Shown: piece by piece, positions 1 through 12,093 of the stretch
Numbering within the stretch: the stretch's first letter is position 1
Layout: every line of letters begins with the position of its first letter
DNA from: Eledone cirrhosa
Taxonomy: Eukaryota
Assembly: GCA_964016885.1 (NCBI GenBank)
Contig: OZ024752.1
Coordinates: forward strand, 33,356,001-33,420,000
Direction: 5' to 3'
Length of the DNA: 64,000 bases
Made by a program: the position numbers and the translations under genes
The notes under the pieces: model-generated
What the model was told of the DNA's origin: nothing
The model's input: the letters and a program-made list of their open reading frames with translations, nothing else
Database searches by the model: none

Positions 1-2383
1 ACTTTGCTCCATTCAATAGACAATACACATTGCTCCATTCAATAGACAATACACATTGCTCCATTCAATAGACAATACACATTGCTCCATTTAATAGACA
101 ATACACTTTGCTCCATTCAATAGACAATACACTTTGCTCCATTCAATAGACAATACACATTGCTCCATTCAATAGACAATACACATTGCTCCATTCAATA
201 GACAATACATATTGCTCCATTCAATAGACAATACACTTTGCTTCATTCAATAGACAATACATATTGCTCCATTCAATAGACAATACACTTTGCTCCATTC
301 AATAGACAATTCACATTGCTCCATTCAATAGACAATACACATTGCTCCATTCAATAGACAATACACTTTGCTTCATTCAATAGACAATACACTTTGCTTC
401 ATTCAATAGACAATACATATTGCTCCATTCAATAGACAATACATATTGCTCCATTCAATAGACAATACATATTGCTCCATTCAATAGACAATACACATTG
501 CTCCATTCAATAGACAATACATATTGCTCCATTCAATAGATAATACATATTGCTCCATTCAATAGACAATACACATTGCTCCATTCAATAGATAATACAC
601 ATTGCTCCATTCAATAGACAATACACATTGCTCCATTCAATAGACAATACATATTGCTCCATTCAATAGACAATACACTTTGCTTCATTCAATAGACAAT
701 ACATATTGCTCCATTCAATAGACAATACACTTTGCTCCATTCAATAGACAATTCACATTGCTCCATTCAATAGACAATTCACATTGCTCCATTCAATAGA
801 CAATACATATTGCTCCATTCAATAGACAATACACTTTGCTTCATTCAATAGACAATACATATTGCTCCATTCAATAGACAATACACTTTGCTCCATTCAA
901 TAGACAATTCACATTGCTCCATTCAATAGACAATACACATTGCTCCATTCAATAGACAATTCACATTGCTCCATTCAATAGACAATACATATTGCTCCAT
1001 TCAATAGATAATACACATTGCTCCATTCAATAGACAATACACATTGCTCCATTCAATAGACAATACATATTGCTCCATTCAATAGATAATACACATTGCT
1101 CCATTCAATAGACAATACACTTTGCTCCATTCAATAGACAATTCACATTGCTCCATTCAATAGACAATTCACATTGCTCCATTCAATAGACAATACATAT
1201 TGCTCCATTCAATAGACAATACACTTTGCTTCATTCAATAGACAATACATATTGCTCCATTCAATAGACAATACACTTTGCTCCATTCAATAGACAATTC
1301 ACATTGCTCCATTCAATAGACAATACACATTGCTCCATTCAATAGACAATTCACATTGCTCCATTCAATAGACAATACATATTGCTCCATTCAATAGATA
1401 ATACACATTGCTCCATTCAATAGACAATACATATTGCTCCATTCAATAGACAATACATATTGCTCCATTCAATAGACAATACATATTACTCCATTCAATA
1501 GACAATACACATTGCTCCATTCAATAGACAATACACATTGCTCCATTCAATAGATAATACATATTGCTCCATTCAATAGACAATACACATTGCTCCATTC
1601 AATAGATAATACACATTGCTCCATTCAATAGACAATACATATTGCTCCATTCAATAGACAATACATATTGCTCCATTCAATAGACAATACATATTGCTCC
1701 ATTCAATAGACAATACATATTGCTCCATTCAATACACAATACACATTGCTCCATTCAATAGACAATACATATTACTCCATTCAATAGACAATACACATTG
1801 CTCCATTCAATAGACAATACACATTGCTCCATTCAATAGATAATACATATTGCTCCATTCAATAGACAATACACATTGCTCCATTCAATAGACAATACAC
1901 ATTGCTCCATTCAATAGACAATACACATTGCTCCATTCAATAGACAATACACTTTGCTTCATTCAATAGACAATACACATTGCTCCATTCAATAGACAAT
2001 ACACATTGCTCCATTCAATAGACAATACACATTGCTCCATTCAATAGACAATACACATTGCTCCATTCAATACACAATACACATTGCTCCATTAAATAGA
2101 CAATACATATTGCTCCATTCAATAGACAATACATATTGCTCCATTCAATACACAATACACATTGCTCCATTCAATAGACAATACATATTACTCCATTCAA
2201 TAGACAATACACATTGCTCCATTCAATAGACAATACACATTGCTCCATTCAATAGATAATACACATTGCTCCATTCAATAGACAATACACATTGCTCCAT
2301 TCAATAGATAATACACATTGCTCCATTCAATAGACAATACATATTGCTCCATTCAATAGACAATACATATTGCTCCATTCAAT
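1..2383. repeat. 26-bp minisatellite (ACATTGCTCCATTCAATAGACAATAC)n, ~91 copies, runs off the window start
   Basis: Direct tandem repetition with minor variants (actttg/atattg, gataat). Confidence 0.97.
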
Positions 2384-2425
2384 AATCAACAGAGATTGCT
2401 GCATGTTTTTTTATTGACAATATGT

Positions 2426-2746
2426 GGAGGCACATGGCTTAGTGGTTAGAGCATTGACCTTGCAATCGAAAGGTTGTGAGTTCAATCCTCAGACCGGGTG
2501 ATGTGTTGTTTCCTTGAGCAAGACACTTTATTTCACATTGCTCCAGTTTACTCAGCTGTAGAAATGAGATGATAGGGACTGGGGTCCCTATCATTCCACT
2601 GCAAAGTGGTCGTGGAGGTGCCACGGCAAAAAAGCACCCAGCACTCACTGTAAATGAGGTTGGTTTTAGGAAGGGCATCCAGCTGTAGAAATCAAGCCAG
2701 AATCAGTTCCCGTCCCACCCTTGCAAGCAGGGAAAAGCGGACGTTA
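2426..2746 (+). mobile_element. tRNA-derived SINE (family A) with RTE-LINE-like 3' tail
   Basis: A-box-like TGGCTTAGTGG and B-box-like GAGTTCAATCC; tail CCCACCCTTGCAAGCAGGGAAAAGCGGAC; several near-identical copies in the window. Confidence 0.85.
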
Positions 2747-2829
2747 AAAAAAATAAAAAAATAAAAAAATGACCCCCTCGCCCACCCTCAATATAGTTTA
2801 CATAGTTTTTTATTTTATTTACTTTATAG

Positions 2830-2885
2830 TGAAGAAGATGATGAGATTGTTGAATGTGATAATTGTGGTGTGTCTGTTCACGAAG
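2830..2885 (+). CDS. PHF14: PHF14 coding exon 1 in window (EEDDEIVECDNCGVSVHE-G), PHD1
   Basis: tttatag acceptor, G|gtaag donor; matches recalled PHF14 DEIIQCDNCGITVHEG. Confidence 0.92.
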
Positions 2886-3321
2886 GTAAGGGATTTAATC
2901 TACATTTTTATTGTATTTTTCTCTTTGTATAACTTTTTATCCAAAATGCCATAAAATACTTCAAGTATGTTTTCGTTATATAGGAATATTTTAATGAATA
3001 ACTAAATTACGCAAGTGCCTTCTTCTTCACTCACTTACTGTGGGGGAAGAGTCCTCAAACACTCCTTCTAGCAGGTCCTGTCATAAGCAACTGTCTCCAA
3101 TTGATCCGGCAGGATTTCCAAGCAAGACCAGCCAATCTCATGGATGTTATCCAGCTATCTTACTCAGGGTCTCCCCCTGGCTCTCATGCCAGTTGTGCAT
3201 TTTAGATTAATTATATAAAGAAACTAAATATAAATATCTTATCTACAAAGAGATCTTAACATCTTTAACAAACTTTCCATAATGTTTATATTTAAAAATA
3301 ACAAACTTCTGTTCACTGCAG

Positions 3322-3422
3322 GTTGTTATGGAATTAGTGATAACCAGTCTGCTGCCAGTACAGAATCATCAGCAAGTACAGAACCCTGGTTTTGTGATGC
3401 TTGTAAAGCTGGTGTTAAACCT
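3322..3422 (+). CDS. PHF14: PHF14 exon 2 (CYGISDNQSAASTESSASTEPWFCDACKAGVKP)
   Basis: ctgcag/gtaagt borders; phase fits exon 1; STEPWFCDACK motif. Confidence 0.95.
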
Positions 3423-4009
3423 GTAAGTAATCAGCACCCTTGCTCTCATATCTTTTTCTTTGTATCTTATATATTCTATTGGTATGTAAATAAAAGACAA
3501 AATACTTAATATCATAGTACCAAGTACTTATTACTTATAGTATGGTAGAATTTATTACATTCATTTGTTTGTAGATTCAGTTTCTTTCTACTACTAGTAG
3601 ATTTTCCTGTGTGACAATTTTCCAAAACCTCTGAAGGTGGGGACCTCAGAGTTACAGCAAAGTGAGGTTTTATCTTGTAAGCACACATACAACCACACAC
3701 ATAGAGGAGGAATATAAATGAGATGCAGGCCTCTTTTTCCTTGAATTCTCTTCTGATGTATTACCTTGGCAATCTAACCCTCTTGCATTGCACGGATTTC
3801 TAAACAAACAAACAGACTTCTATATATACATGTATGTTTGTGTAACTTGATGCTTGCTCTCTTGTCTTACTCTCATCATTGCTTCCAGCTGGGCTAAGGA
3901 GGCAAAAAGAGCAATGTGAAATAAAGTGTCTTGCTGAAGGACATAATGCAATGCCCTGACTGGGAATTAAATTCGCAATCCTACGATTGTGAATCTAATT
4001 CTTTAACCA

Positions 4010-4419
4010 TTAACCCTTTAGCATTTAAACCGGCTGCATCTGGCCAGAACTCTCTCACCTCTCTCTGTTCAAACCAGCTGTAACTCACCGCTCACATCTA
4101 TATTAAGGTGTTGTTCTCAAAATAAATAACATCAAAATCTCGATTTGATATTATGTGAGATAAAGACTTTACTGTGAAAATACAATAGCAAATATAGAAT
4201 AATTGTTTCTACTTTAGGCACAAGGCCAGCAATTACCCAGTGTATTACTGGTACTTTATTTTATCGACCTTGTAAGGATGAAAGGCAAAGTCAACCTCGG
4301 CGGGATTTGAACTCAGATCGTAAAGGGACGTAACTATGCTGGAAAGCATGGCGTCCGACCCTCTACCGATACTGCCAATCCACCGCAAATATAGAATAAT
4401 GTAAATGCTAAAGGGTTAA
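4010..4419. mobile_element. TTAA-flanked MITE (piggyBac-like ends) with a nested SINE
   Basis: TTAA-CCCTTTAGCATTTA ... TAAATGCTAAAGGG-TTAA terminal inverted repeats. Confidence 0.85.
4204..4384 (-). mobile_element. tRNA-derived SINE (family B) with 16-bp target-site duplication
   Basis: Reverse complement starts GGTGGATTGGCAGTATCGG and has GAGTTCAAATCC; flanked by GCAAATATAGAATAAT at 4188-4203 and 4385-4400. Confidence 0.88.
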
Positions 4420-4494
4420 ACCATACACCTTAGAATTATAAGATGAAAAAAAACCAATTAATATGTCTTCTTTCTTAAATCTTATTTTCTACAG

Positions 4495-4550
4495 AGTTGT
4501 GAATTGTGTCCAAATTATGGTGGCATCTTCAAAGAAACTGATGCAGGAAA
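4495..4550 (+). CDS. PHF14: PHF14 exon 3 (SCELCPNYGGIFKETDAG-K), Zn knuckle
   Basis: ctacag/gtaagt borders; matches recalled SCELCPNQDGIFKETDAGR. Confidence 0.95.
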
Positions 4551-5135
4551 GTAAGTATTATATGATGTAATTAATGTGTTTTTTAATGTAATTTCTAGTT
4601 TTAATGAGTCAGATGTTTAGTTTATCACATAACTGAATGCTGATCTTTAAAATTGATTAAGCGTCCCTGATTATGTTAAGGAATGTACCATTATCCCAGA
4701 CCATCCTTTATAAATCTGAGGCCTCCTATCTATCTAAGATATCTATATTGTGGACAAAAATGTATTTATTGATAAATCTAAGGCCTTCTCACTATCTAAG
4801 AGATCAATGTTGTGGAGAAAAAATGTATTTATTGATAAAATCAATGGATTCTTATTTAGGTACAAGGCCAATAATTTAGTGGGGGAAGGAAAGTCAATTA
4901 AATTAAACTCTGTTTGATAGGTACATTATTTTTTTTTACTGACCCCTAGAAAGATGAAAGGGAAGTTGACCTCAGTGGATTTTGAATTCAAGCGTAGAAG
5001 GGCAGAACCTATAAACTAAATAAACTATAGCTTAAGACCCTACACCCTTGGGGATTTCATTTTTTAAAATATATTTTTATTCTATAACACTAAATCATCA
5101 AAAATTATATATATATATATATATATATATGAGGT

Positions 5136-5577
5136 GAAGGTGCATGGCTTAGTGGTTAGAGCATTGGGTTTGCAATCGAAAGGTTGTGAGTTCAATTCTC
5201 GGACCGGGTGATGTGTTGTTTCCTTGAACAAGATACTTTATTTCACATTGCTCCAGTTTACTCAGCTGTAGAAATGAGATGATAGGACTGGGGTCCCTAT
5301 CATTCCACTGCAAAGTGGTCGTGGAGGTGCCACGGCAAAAAATCACCCAGCCTACACTGTAAAGTGGACGTGTAAGTGCCATGGAAAAAAAGAACCCACC
5401 ACTCACTGTAAATGAGGTTGGTGTTAGGAAGGGCATCCAGCTGTAGAAATCAAGCCAGAATCAGTTCCCGTATGAGCAAGACAAGGTCAGCCGACCAGAC
5501 ACTGCCCACAACAGGACACCCTGTCTAACCCATGCGAGTGTGGAAGAACGGATGTAAAACGGTGATGATGATGATGA
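5136..5577 (+). mobile_element. SINE family A copy with (GAT)n tail
   Basis: Same head and body as 2426-2746, two internal 48-bp units, alternative tail ending in GATGATGAT. Confidence 0.85.
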
Positions 5578-5825
5578 TATATATATATTATTCTTTATCA
5601 TTAACATTGATATAAAAAATAATTATATTTTTTTAGAGAAGACCTCAAATTTCATATTTCATATAGAAAGTCCTGTCTTGGCCAGAACAAATACTACAAA
5701 GATTTTCCCCAGTGCTCTAATGATTCTGCCAACCCAGCTCTTATTTATTGATAAAATTAACAAAACTAATCATAACTAATTGGCAATTTTAATGTTTTGT
5801 TTTGTTTTGTTTTCTTCTTCTTTAG

Positions 5826-5937
5826 ATGGGTTCATTTGGTGTGTGCATTATATACCCCAGGGGTAGCTTTTGGAGACGTTGACCGATTGAGTGCTGTTAC
5901 ATTATTTGAAATGCCATATGCTAGATGGGGAGCCAAA
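5826..5937 (+). CDS. PHF14: PHF14 exon 4 (WVHLVCALYTPGVAFGDVDRLSAVTLFEMPYARWGAK)
   Basis: tttag/gtaatt borders; WVHxVCALYxPGVAFGD motif. Confidence 0.95.
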
Positions 5938-5989
5938 GTAATTATCAATTCTTTATCAATTACAATGTTTATTGTATTCAACATATATA

Positions 5990-6767
5990 TATAAAGTAGT
6001 TTTTAATGGCCATGTTGATATAAAGTAATTTTAATTGCTGTGTTGATATAAAGTAATTTTAATGGTTATGTTGATATAAAGTAATTTTAATGGATGTGTT
6101 GATATAAAGTAATTTTAATGGTTGTGTTGATATAAAGTAATTTTAATGGTTGTGTTGATATAAAGTAATTTTTAATGATTGTGTTGATATAAAGTAATTT
6201 TAATGGATGTGTTGATATAAAGTAATTTTAATGGATGTGTTGATATAAAGTAATTTTTAATGGTTGTGTTGATATAAAGTAATTTTAATGGATGTGTTGA
6301 TATAAAGTAATTTTAATGGATGTGTTGATATAAAGTAATTTTTAATGGCTGTGTTGATATAAAGTAATTTTAATGGATGTGTTGATATAAAGTAATTTTT
6401 AATGGTTGTGTTGATATAAAGTAATTTTTAATGGTTGTGTTGATATAAAGTAATTTTAATGGATGTGTTGATATAAAGTAATTTTAATGGATGTGTTGAT
6501 ATAAAGTAATTTTAATGGTTGTGTTGATATAAAGTAATTTTAATGGTTGTGTTGATATAAAGTAATTTTAATGGTTGTGTTGATATAAAGTAATTTTAAT
6601 GGTTGTGTTGATATAAAGTAATTTTAATGGATGTATTGATATAAAGTAATTTTAATGGATGTATTGATATAAAGTAATTTTTAATGGCTATGTTGATATA
6701 AAGTAATTTTTAATGGCTGTGTTGATATAAAGTAATTTTTAATGGTTGTGTTGATATAAAGTAATTT
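5990..6767. repeat. 28-29-bp minisatellite (GTGTTGATATAAAGTAATTTTAATGGTT)n, ~27 copies
   Basis: Direct tandem repeats filling most of the intron. Confidence 0.95.
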
Positions 6768-6820
6768 TTTTTTTTGCTATTTTAACTGAAATATTACAAT
6801 ATTTATTATTTCTTTGTTAG

Positions 6821-6915
6821 GACTGTTCATTGTGTGAAGATAACCGCTTTAGTCGAACCGGAGTGTGTATTAGCTGTGATGCAGGAATGTGCCGGGCTTA
6901 TTTTCATGTTACTTG
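6821..6915 (+). CDS. PHF14: PHF14 exon 5 (DCSLCEDNRFSRTGVCISCDAGMCRAYFHVT-C), PHD2
   Basis: gttag/gtaag borders; RTGVCISCDAGMCRAYFHVTC motif. Confidence 0.96.
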
Positions 6916-7232
6916 GTAAGATTCCTATTCTGTTGTATCATCATCATCATCGTTTTTACGTCCATTTTTCTACACTTGGACGTAAAAAAAACGATGATGA
7001 TGATACATGGTTCCTTTTCCTTTTTCCAATGTTACTTCGAAAGAAAAAGTTGTTTTCTTTTAAAATAACAGTGTAAATAAATGGTAAATTTTTTAGTTTT
7101 ATTTCATCATATATATTTTTTTTTCAACAATATTATAAAAAAATATAATATGAAAATTTCTCAGAAATCTTTACAAAGACTTTTGATTTTTTTCCCAATT
7201 TTGAAAAGATTGTTGTTACTTTTCTAATGTAG

Positions 7233-7281
7233 TGCTCAGCGGGAAGGTTTATTAGCTGAAGCTCCTCCTGAAGAAGTAATG
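7233..7281 (+). CDS. PHF14: PHF14 exon 6 (AQREGLLAEAPPEEVM); possible alternative donor after 7275
   Basis: tgtag acceptor, ATG|gtaagt donor; CAQxEGLL motif. Confidence 0.92.
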
Positions 7282-8124
7282 GTAAGTACTACTACTACTA
7301 CTACTGCTAATCATTTAACTTGTAATAAATTATATTTTAGTTTTTTTCAAAAACCCTTACTGTCCTGAAAAGATGTTGATAGGCGACAGATTGGGGGAGT
7401 CGTTAGAATGTTTTGCAGTATTAGTTTTGGCCCTTTGCTCTCTGAGTTCAAATCCTGCTGCGGTTAACTTTGCCTTTCTTCCATTTAAGGTTGATAAAAA
7501 AAAGTACCAGTCAAGTACTGGGGTAAATTCTTCCTCTATATCTCTTTCTCACTTCCTCTCTCTCACTCTCTCTCTCCCTCTCTGGAAGAAATCTCTTTTG
7601 TTCAGACCTGCAGAGGAGATGGGCTCTGCCAAGTTTTAAAATGCAGTAGAAATGCCGTTTGTCAATGCAGCACCTCTATGACTCCCTCAGTAGTTATGGG
7701 GCCAGGCATGCAGGCAAAAAATGTTGATACAATAAAAAGAACAAATAAAAACAATCATAGGCATATTGTTTCAACTGATAAACAGTATCAGCAATGGAAA
7801 CATTGTTCCTTTGGTCCGATTTGATGAATTTCACCAGTGTATATTTCAATATGATATTTCAGGGCTATTACCCTCTTTTCAAATATGAAATGGAAATGGT
7901 TCAAAACAAGAACAAACAATTGGTATGTTCTTCCTCAACTGGTCTACGTGTCTGAAATATGCATGTTTTGAACTGTTTCTATTTCACATAGGCTAATAGC
8001 CTTGAAATATACTGGGTAAAACATTACTTTGTTTGGTTTTATTTGTCATCCCTTGCCCTTTATATATTTCTACTGCATTGTAACTACTTTTTGAAACTTA
8101 GTCATTTATTACATACCTCACATA

Positions 8125-8380
8125 TCATCATCACCGTTTTACGTCCGTTCTTCCACGCTAGCATGGGTTAGACGGGTTGTCCTGTTGTGGGCAGTGTCTG
8201 GTCGGCTGACCATGCCTTGCTCATACAGGAACTGATCTGGCTTGATTTCTACAGCTGGATGCCCTTCCTAACACCAACCTCATTTACAGTGAGTGCTGGG
8301 TGCTTTTTCGTGGCGCCTACACGTCCACTTTACAGTGTGGGCTGGGTGCTTTTTTGCCGTGGCACCTCCACGACCACCTT
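8125..8380 (-). mobile_element. 5'-truncated SINE family A copy
   Basis: Reverse complement of the 3' half of 5136-5577. Confidence 0.8.
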
Positions 8381-8554
8381 GCGGTGGGGGGGGGGGGGGG
8401 GGCATATTGTTTATATGCTTCAGCATGTACCCATGGGAGGTCGGGTACCCTGTATTACTGCGTGACGCCAGAAGTCACGGTCGTGTGTCATTGACTTTGA
8501 GAGGTGTAGTTGGGTAAGGTCGGCTTTTACAATGCTTTCTATTAACTATACGTA

Positions 8555-10021
8555 TCATCATCATCATCATCATATGTCCGCTTTTCCCTGCTTGCAAGGG
8601 TGGGACGGGTCTTATTCAGCACAGCATCTCTCCACTCGTCACGGTCCCTCGTCATCTCCACCGTGAGCTTCAATGATCTGAGGTCTGTTCTCACCACCTC
8701 CGCCCATGTTTTTCGTGGTCTACCTCTACCACGTCTTCCTTCAACTGGCAATTCCTGGCACTTCTTCACCCATCGGTCATCCTCCATGCACATCACATGT
8801 CCATACCACCTCAGTCTCCTCTCCCGTACACTACATTCTATCCCTCTCAGACACAGTTTCTCTCTCAACACATTTATGCTGGGTCGTTCACGCACATTTA
8901 CACATCCAACGGAGCATGCTTACCTCATTTCTCTCCAGCTGTCGCATATCCTCTGCAGTTGCTGCCCATGTCTCACTACCATGCAGCATCGCGCTCCTCA
9001 CACAGGCATCATACAACCGGCCTTTCGTACGCAGGGAGAAACCCTTCTTCGTCAACAGAGGAAGCAGCTCCCTAAACTTCTTCCAACCTGTCCTTATTCT
9101 AGATACTATGGCCTCGGAACACCCTCCTCCCCTGCTAATCTGATCTCCTAGGTACCGGAAGCTATCCACCACTTCTATAGCGCTCTCTTGCATTTGAAAA
9201 ATGTGTCTATCAGTGCGACTTCTACTGTCTAATTTCCCTGTTCATCTACTGCATACATATTTCTCCCTACCTGTTAGTTTGCCTGCTATCCCGCTACATC
9301 TCTTGTGTACCCAGGATCTGCATTGTGTGCATTTTATAGAATTTATGCCAGTTCCTTTTCTGCATATCGAACATGGCCATTTCCCTGACGGAATCAGGGT
9401 TTTGTCCTCTTTTCTACTCATCAACACTTTTGTCTTAGCTAGATTCACCCTCAGTCCTCTTGCTTCCAACTGCTGTTTCCATAGCCAGAATTTATTCTCT
9501 AGCTCCTCTACTGATTCTGCTATAAGAACCAGATCGTCAGCATAGAGAAGTTCCCATGGACAGCCAGTCTTAAACTCCTCTGTTATGGCTTGGAGGACTA
9601 TAATGAACAAGAGCAGGCTGAGGACCGAACCCTGATGTACTCCTACTTGTATCTGGAATTCCTCACTAAACTCCATTCCTACCCTGACTTTACTGAGAGT
9701 ACCTCTGTACAAAGTTTGCACTGTCCTCACAAGCCATTCCTCAACACCTAGCTTCCTTAGGGACCACCAGATGACAGATCGGGGTACCCTATCAAAGGCC
9801 TTCTCTAGGTCAGAAAGGCTAAGTATAGTGGCTTATTCTTCTCTAAGAACCTCTCTTGCAATTGTCTCACCAAGAAGAGGGCATCTGTTGTACTCTTACC
9901 AGGCACAAAACCAAACTGCATCTCATCTAGTTTGACCCTTTCTCTAATTAGTTGTGCTAAAATCCTTTCTGCCACTTTCATAACCTGATCTATCAGTTTT
10001 ATACCCCTATAATTGCTCCTC
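8555..10021 (-). mobile_element. 5'-truncated, frameshifted RTE-clade LINE (reverse transcriptase remnant)
   Basis: ORFs with GVHQGSVLS, LLYADDLVL, FRYLGD and RLRWYGHV...GRGRPRKTW; (GAT)n 3' tail. Confidence 0.92.
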
Positions 10022-10465
10022 TATATATAAATAAATTATCGAGAATCGGAACTTCGGCCCGCGAAATAACGAAACACAATCTTCGAAATGTGCTCAATAG
10101 TTCGGATAAACCAGAGCTATAACTAACGTTTAATACCAACACACTGAGACGATGCTTAAACAATCATTCGCACAGCCAAAAATACGACCAAGAAAATTTC
10201 GGGTCAGACAAATAAAAATATATATGAATGAAAAATATATATGAATGAAATATATACATATATCATCATCGTTTAACATCTATCTTCCACACTAGCATGG
10301 GGTAGACTGTTTTGTTCCATTTGATGCGTGATTGATCGGCAGACCGTGTCTCGCTCGTACAGAACTATCTCTGGGAGGTTTTCTACGGCTGGATGCCCTT
10401 CAAAACACAAACCACATATACAGTGTGGACTGTATACATACATATATATATATATATACATATAT

Positions 10466-10632
10466 ATAGGAAAATGTTTAACCCCGACGGCAGAGCTCAA
10501 GCCGTTTTGGCAGCTATTTCTGAACGGCTTGAGCTCTGCCGTCGGAGTTAAACATTTTCCTATTACCCACTTTACTACCCCAAGTGTTGAGTACTCTGGT
10601 GTGTTATGGTCCATCTGGTTCCTTACCACACA
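10466..10632 (+). mobile_element. Fold-back element (~98-bp hairpin plus one-sided tail) in a (TA)n tract
   Basis: ATAGGAAAATGTTTAACCCCGACGGCAGAGCTCAAGCCGTT is inverted at ~10523-10563; related copy at 49871-50063 in the opposite orientation. Confidence 0.8.
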
Positions 10633-10804
10633 CATATATATGTGTGTGTGTGATTGATTTTTTTAGTTTCAGAAGATCCGGTTAAGGGTGAAAGCAGCGA
10701 TTCTTTGCTTAAACTTTAATCTGTTATTTTAATAAATATATATATACATACATGCACAAATATGTATATACATACTAAAATTTAAGATTATTTTGTATAT
10801 TCAG

Positions 10805-10945
10805 GATATTGCTGACCCATTCTTTGCATACTGTAAAATGCATGCTGACAAAACCACAGCTCGAGCCAAAAGACGCAACTGGTTGGCTATTCAGTCACAT
10901 GTGAAAATGCATTCAGAGAAAGAGATAGAAGATGAAAAAGAAAAA
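10805..10945 (+). CDS. PHF14: PHF14 exon 7 (DIADPFFAYCKMHADKTTARAKRRNWLAIQSHVKMHSEKEIEDEKEK)
   Basis: ttcag/gtaagt borders; DIADPFFAYCKxHAD motif. Confidence 0.96.
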
Positions 10946-11049
10946 GTAAGTTCATTTTTTTTCTTCTAGTTTGGATAAAAATAAAAATAAATAAAAATCT
11001 ACAAAATGTGATGGTTAGATGATTGAAATTGTTGTGGATGCCATCATTA

Positions 11050-11710
11050 TGAAAAGCACCCAGTTCACCCTGTAAGGTGGTAGTGCTGGTGACAATGAAA
11101 ATTACCAAGTTCACCCTGTAATGTGGTAGTGCTGGTGACAATGAAAATTACCAAGTTCACCCTGTAAGGTGGTAGTGTTGGTGACACAATGAAAATTACC
11201 CAGTTCACCCTGTAAGGTGGTAGTGCTGGTGACAATGAAAATTACCCAGTTCACCCTGTAAGGTGGTAGTGCTGGTGACAATGAAAACCACCCAGTCCAC
11301 CCTGTAAGGTGGTAGTGCTGGTGACAATGAAAATCACCCAGTCCACTCTGTAAGGTGGTAGTGTTGGTGACACAATGAAAATTACCCAGTTCACCCTGTA
11401 AGGTGGTAGTGTTGGTGACAATGAAAATTACCCAGTTCACCCTGTAAGGTGGTAGTGCTGGTGACACAATGAAAATTACCCAGTCCACCCTGTAAGGTGG
11501 TAGTGTTGGTGACACAATGAAAATTACCCAGTCCACCCTGTAAGGTGGTAGTGCTGGTGACACAATGAAAATTACCCAGTCCACCCTGTAAGGTGGTAGT
11601 GTTGGTGACAATGAAAATTACCCAGTTCACCCTGTAAGGTGGTAGTGTTGGTGACAATGAAAATTACCCAGTTCACCCTGTAAGGTGGTAGTGCTGGTGT
11701 CAATGAAAAA
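11050..11710. repeat. 46-48-bp minisatellite related to the SINE-A internal unit, ~14 copies
   Basis: Unit AAAATTACCCAGTTCACCCTGTAAGGTGGTAGTGCTGGTGACAATG resembles AAAAGCACCCAGCACTCACTGTAAAGTGGTCGTG. Confidence 0.9.
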
Positions 11711-11934
11711 CACTGTCCACCCTTTAACACTTGATATCGTAGCAAAAGATTCTCAATGTTTCAGACACTAATCCTTCATCCGAAGATAGAATGAGAAATA
11801 AAAGATGAAATAGAAAGATAGAGTGAGAAGAGGAAGGCACAGAAAAAGTTTTCTTTCTTTTTTTGTTGAGAAAATGGATATATAATATATATTGTCATCA
11901 TCGTCATTTAACATTCATTCAATTTACTTTTCAG

Positions 11935-12010
11935 GCAAGATTTCAAAGAAAACTGAATAGACGTCGTCAGAAATATCTCCTTGCAAAAGCAAGAAGTACA
12001 CCATCATGGG
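11935..12010 (+). CDS. PHF14: PHF14 exon 8 (ARFQRKLNRRRQKYLLAKARSTPSW-V)
   Basis: ttcag/gtaagg borders; phase continuity with the neighbouring exons. Confidence 0.9.
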
Positions 12011-12093
12011 GTAAGGCTGTAAGTCATCATATAAACTAACAGGAATGAACCTGCTTCTGTTGTGTTAAGCCTTTCCTCTTCTATACCTATACA

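Noticed and set aside
2426-2500. tRNA gene
   Set aside because: A/B-box-like motifs belong to a SINE head that continues into a repeated body and tail; no complete cloverleaf is evident.
2439-2678. Recurrent MPFLTPTSFTVSAGC... ORF (also 5149, 50496, 60332)
   Set aside because: It is the antisense translation of SINE-A copies.
10022-10215. CpG-rich ~190-bp segment at the LINE 5' truncation point
   Set aside because: It is probably another insertion, but I found no TIR, TSD, ORF or RNA motif to support a call.
10466-10563. Hammerhead or pre-miRNA in the 10466/49948 hairpin family
   Set aside because: No intact CUGANGA/GAAA core is visible, and the repeat-like distribution argues against calling a miRNA without small-RNA data.
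11748-11790. Minus-strand CGGATGA-AGGA..TCT-GAAAC motif
   Set aside because: It has a core mismatch and no convincing stem III or UH site. At best it is a decayed relic, so it is not called.
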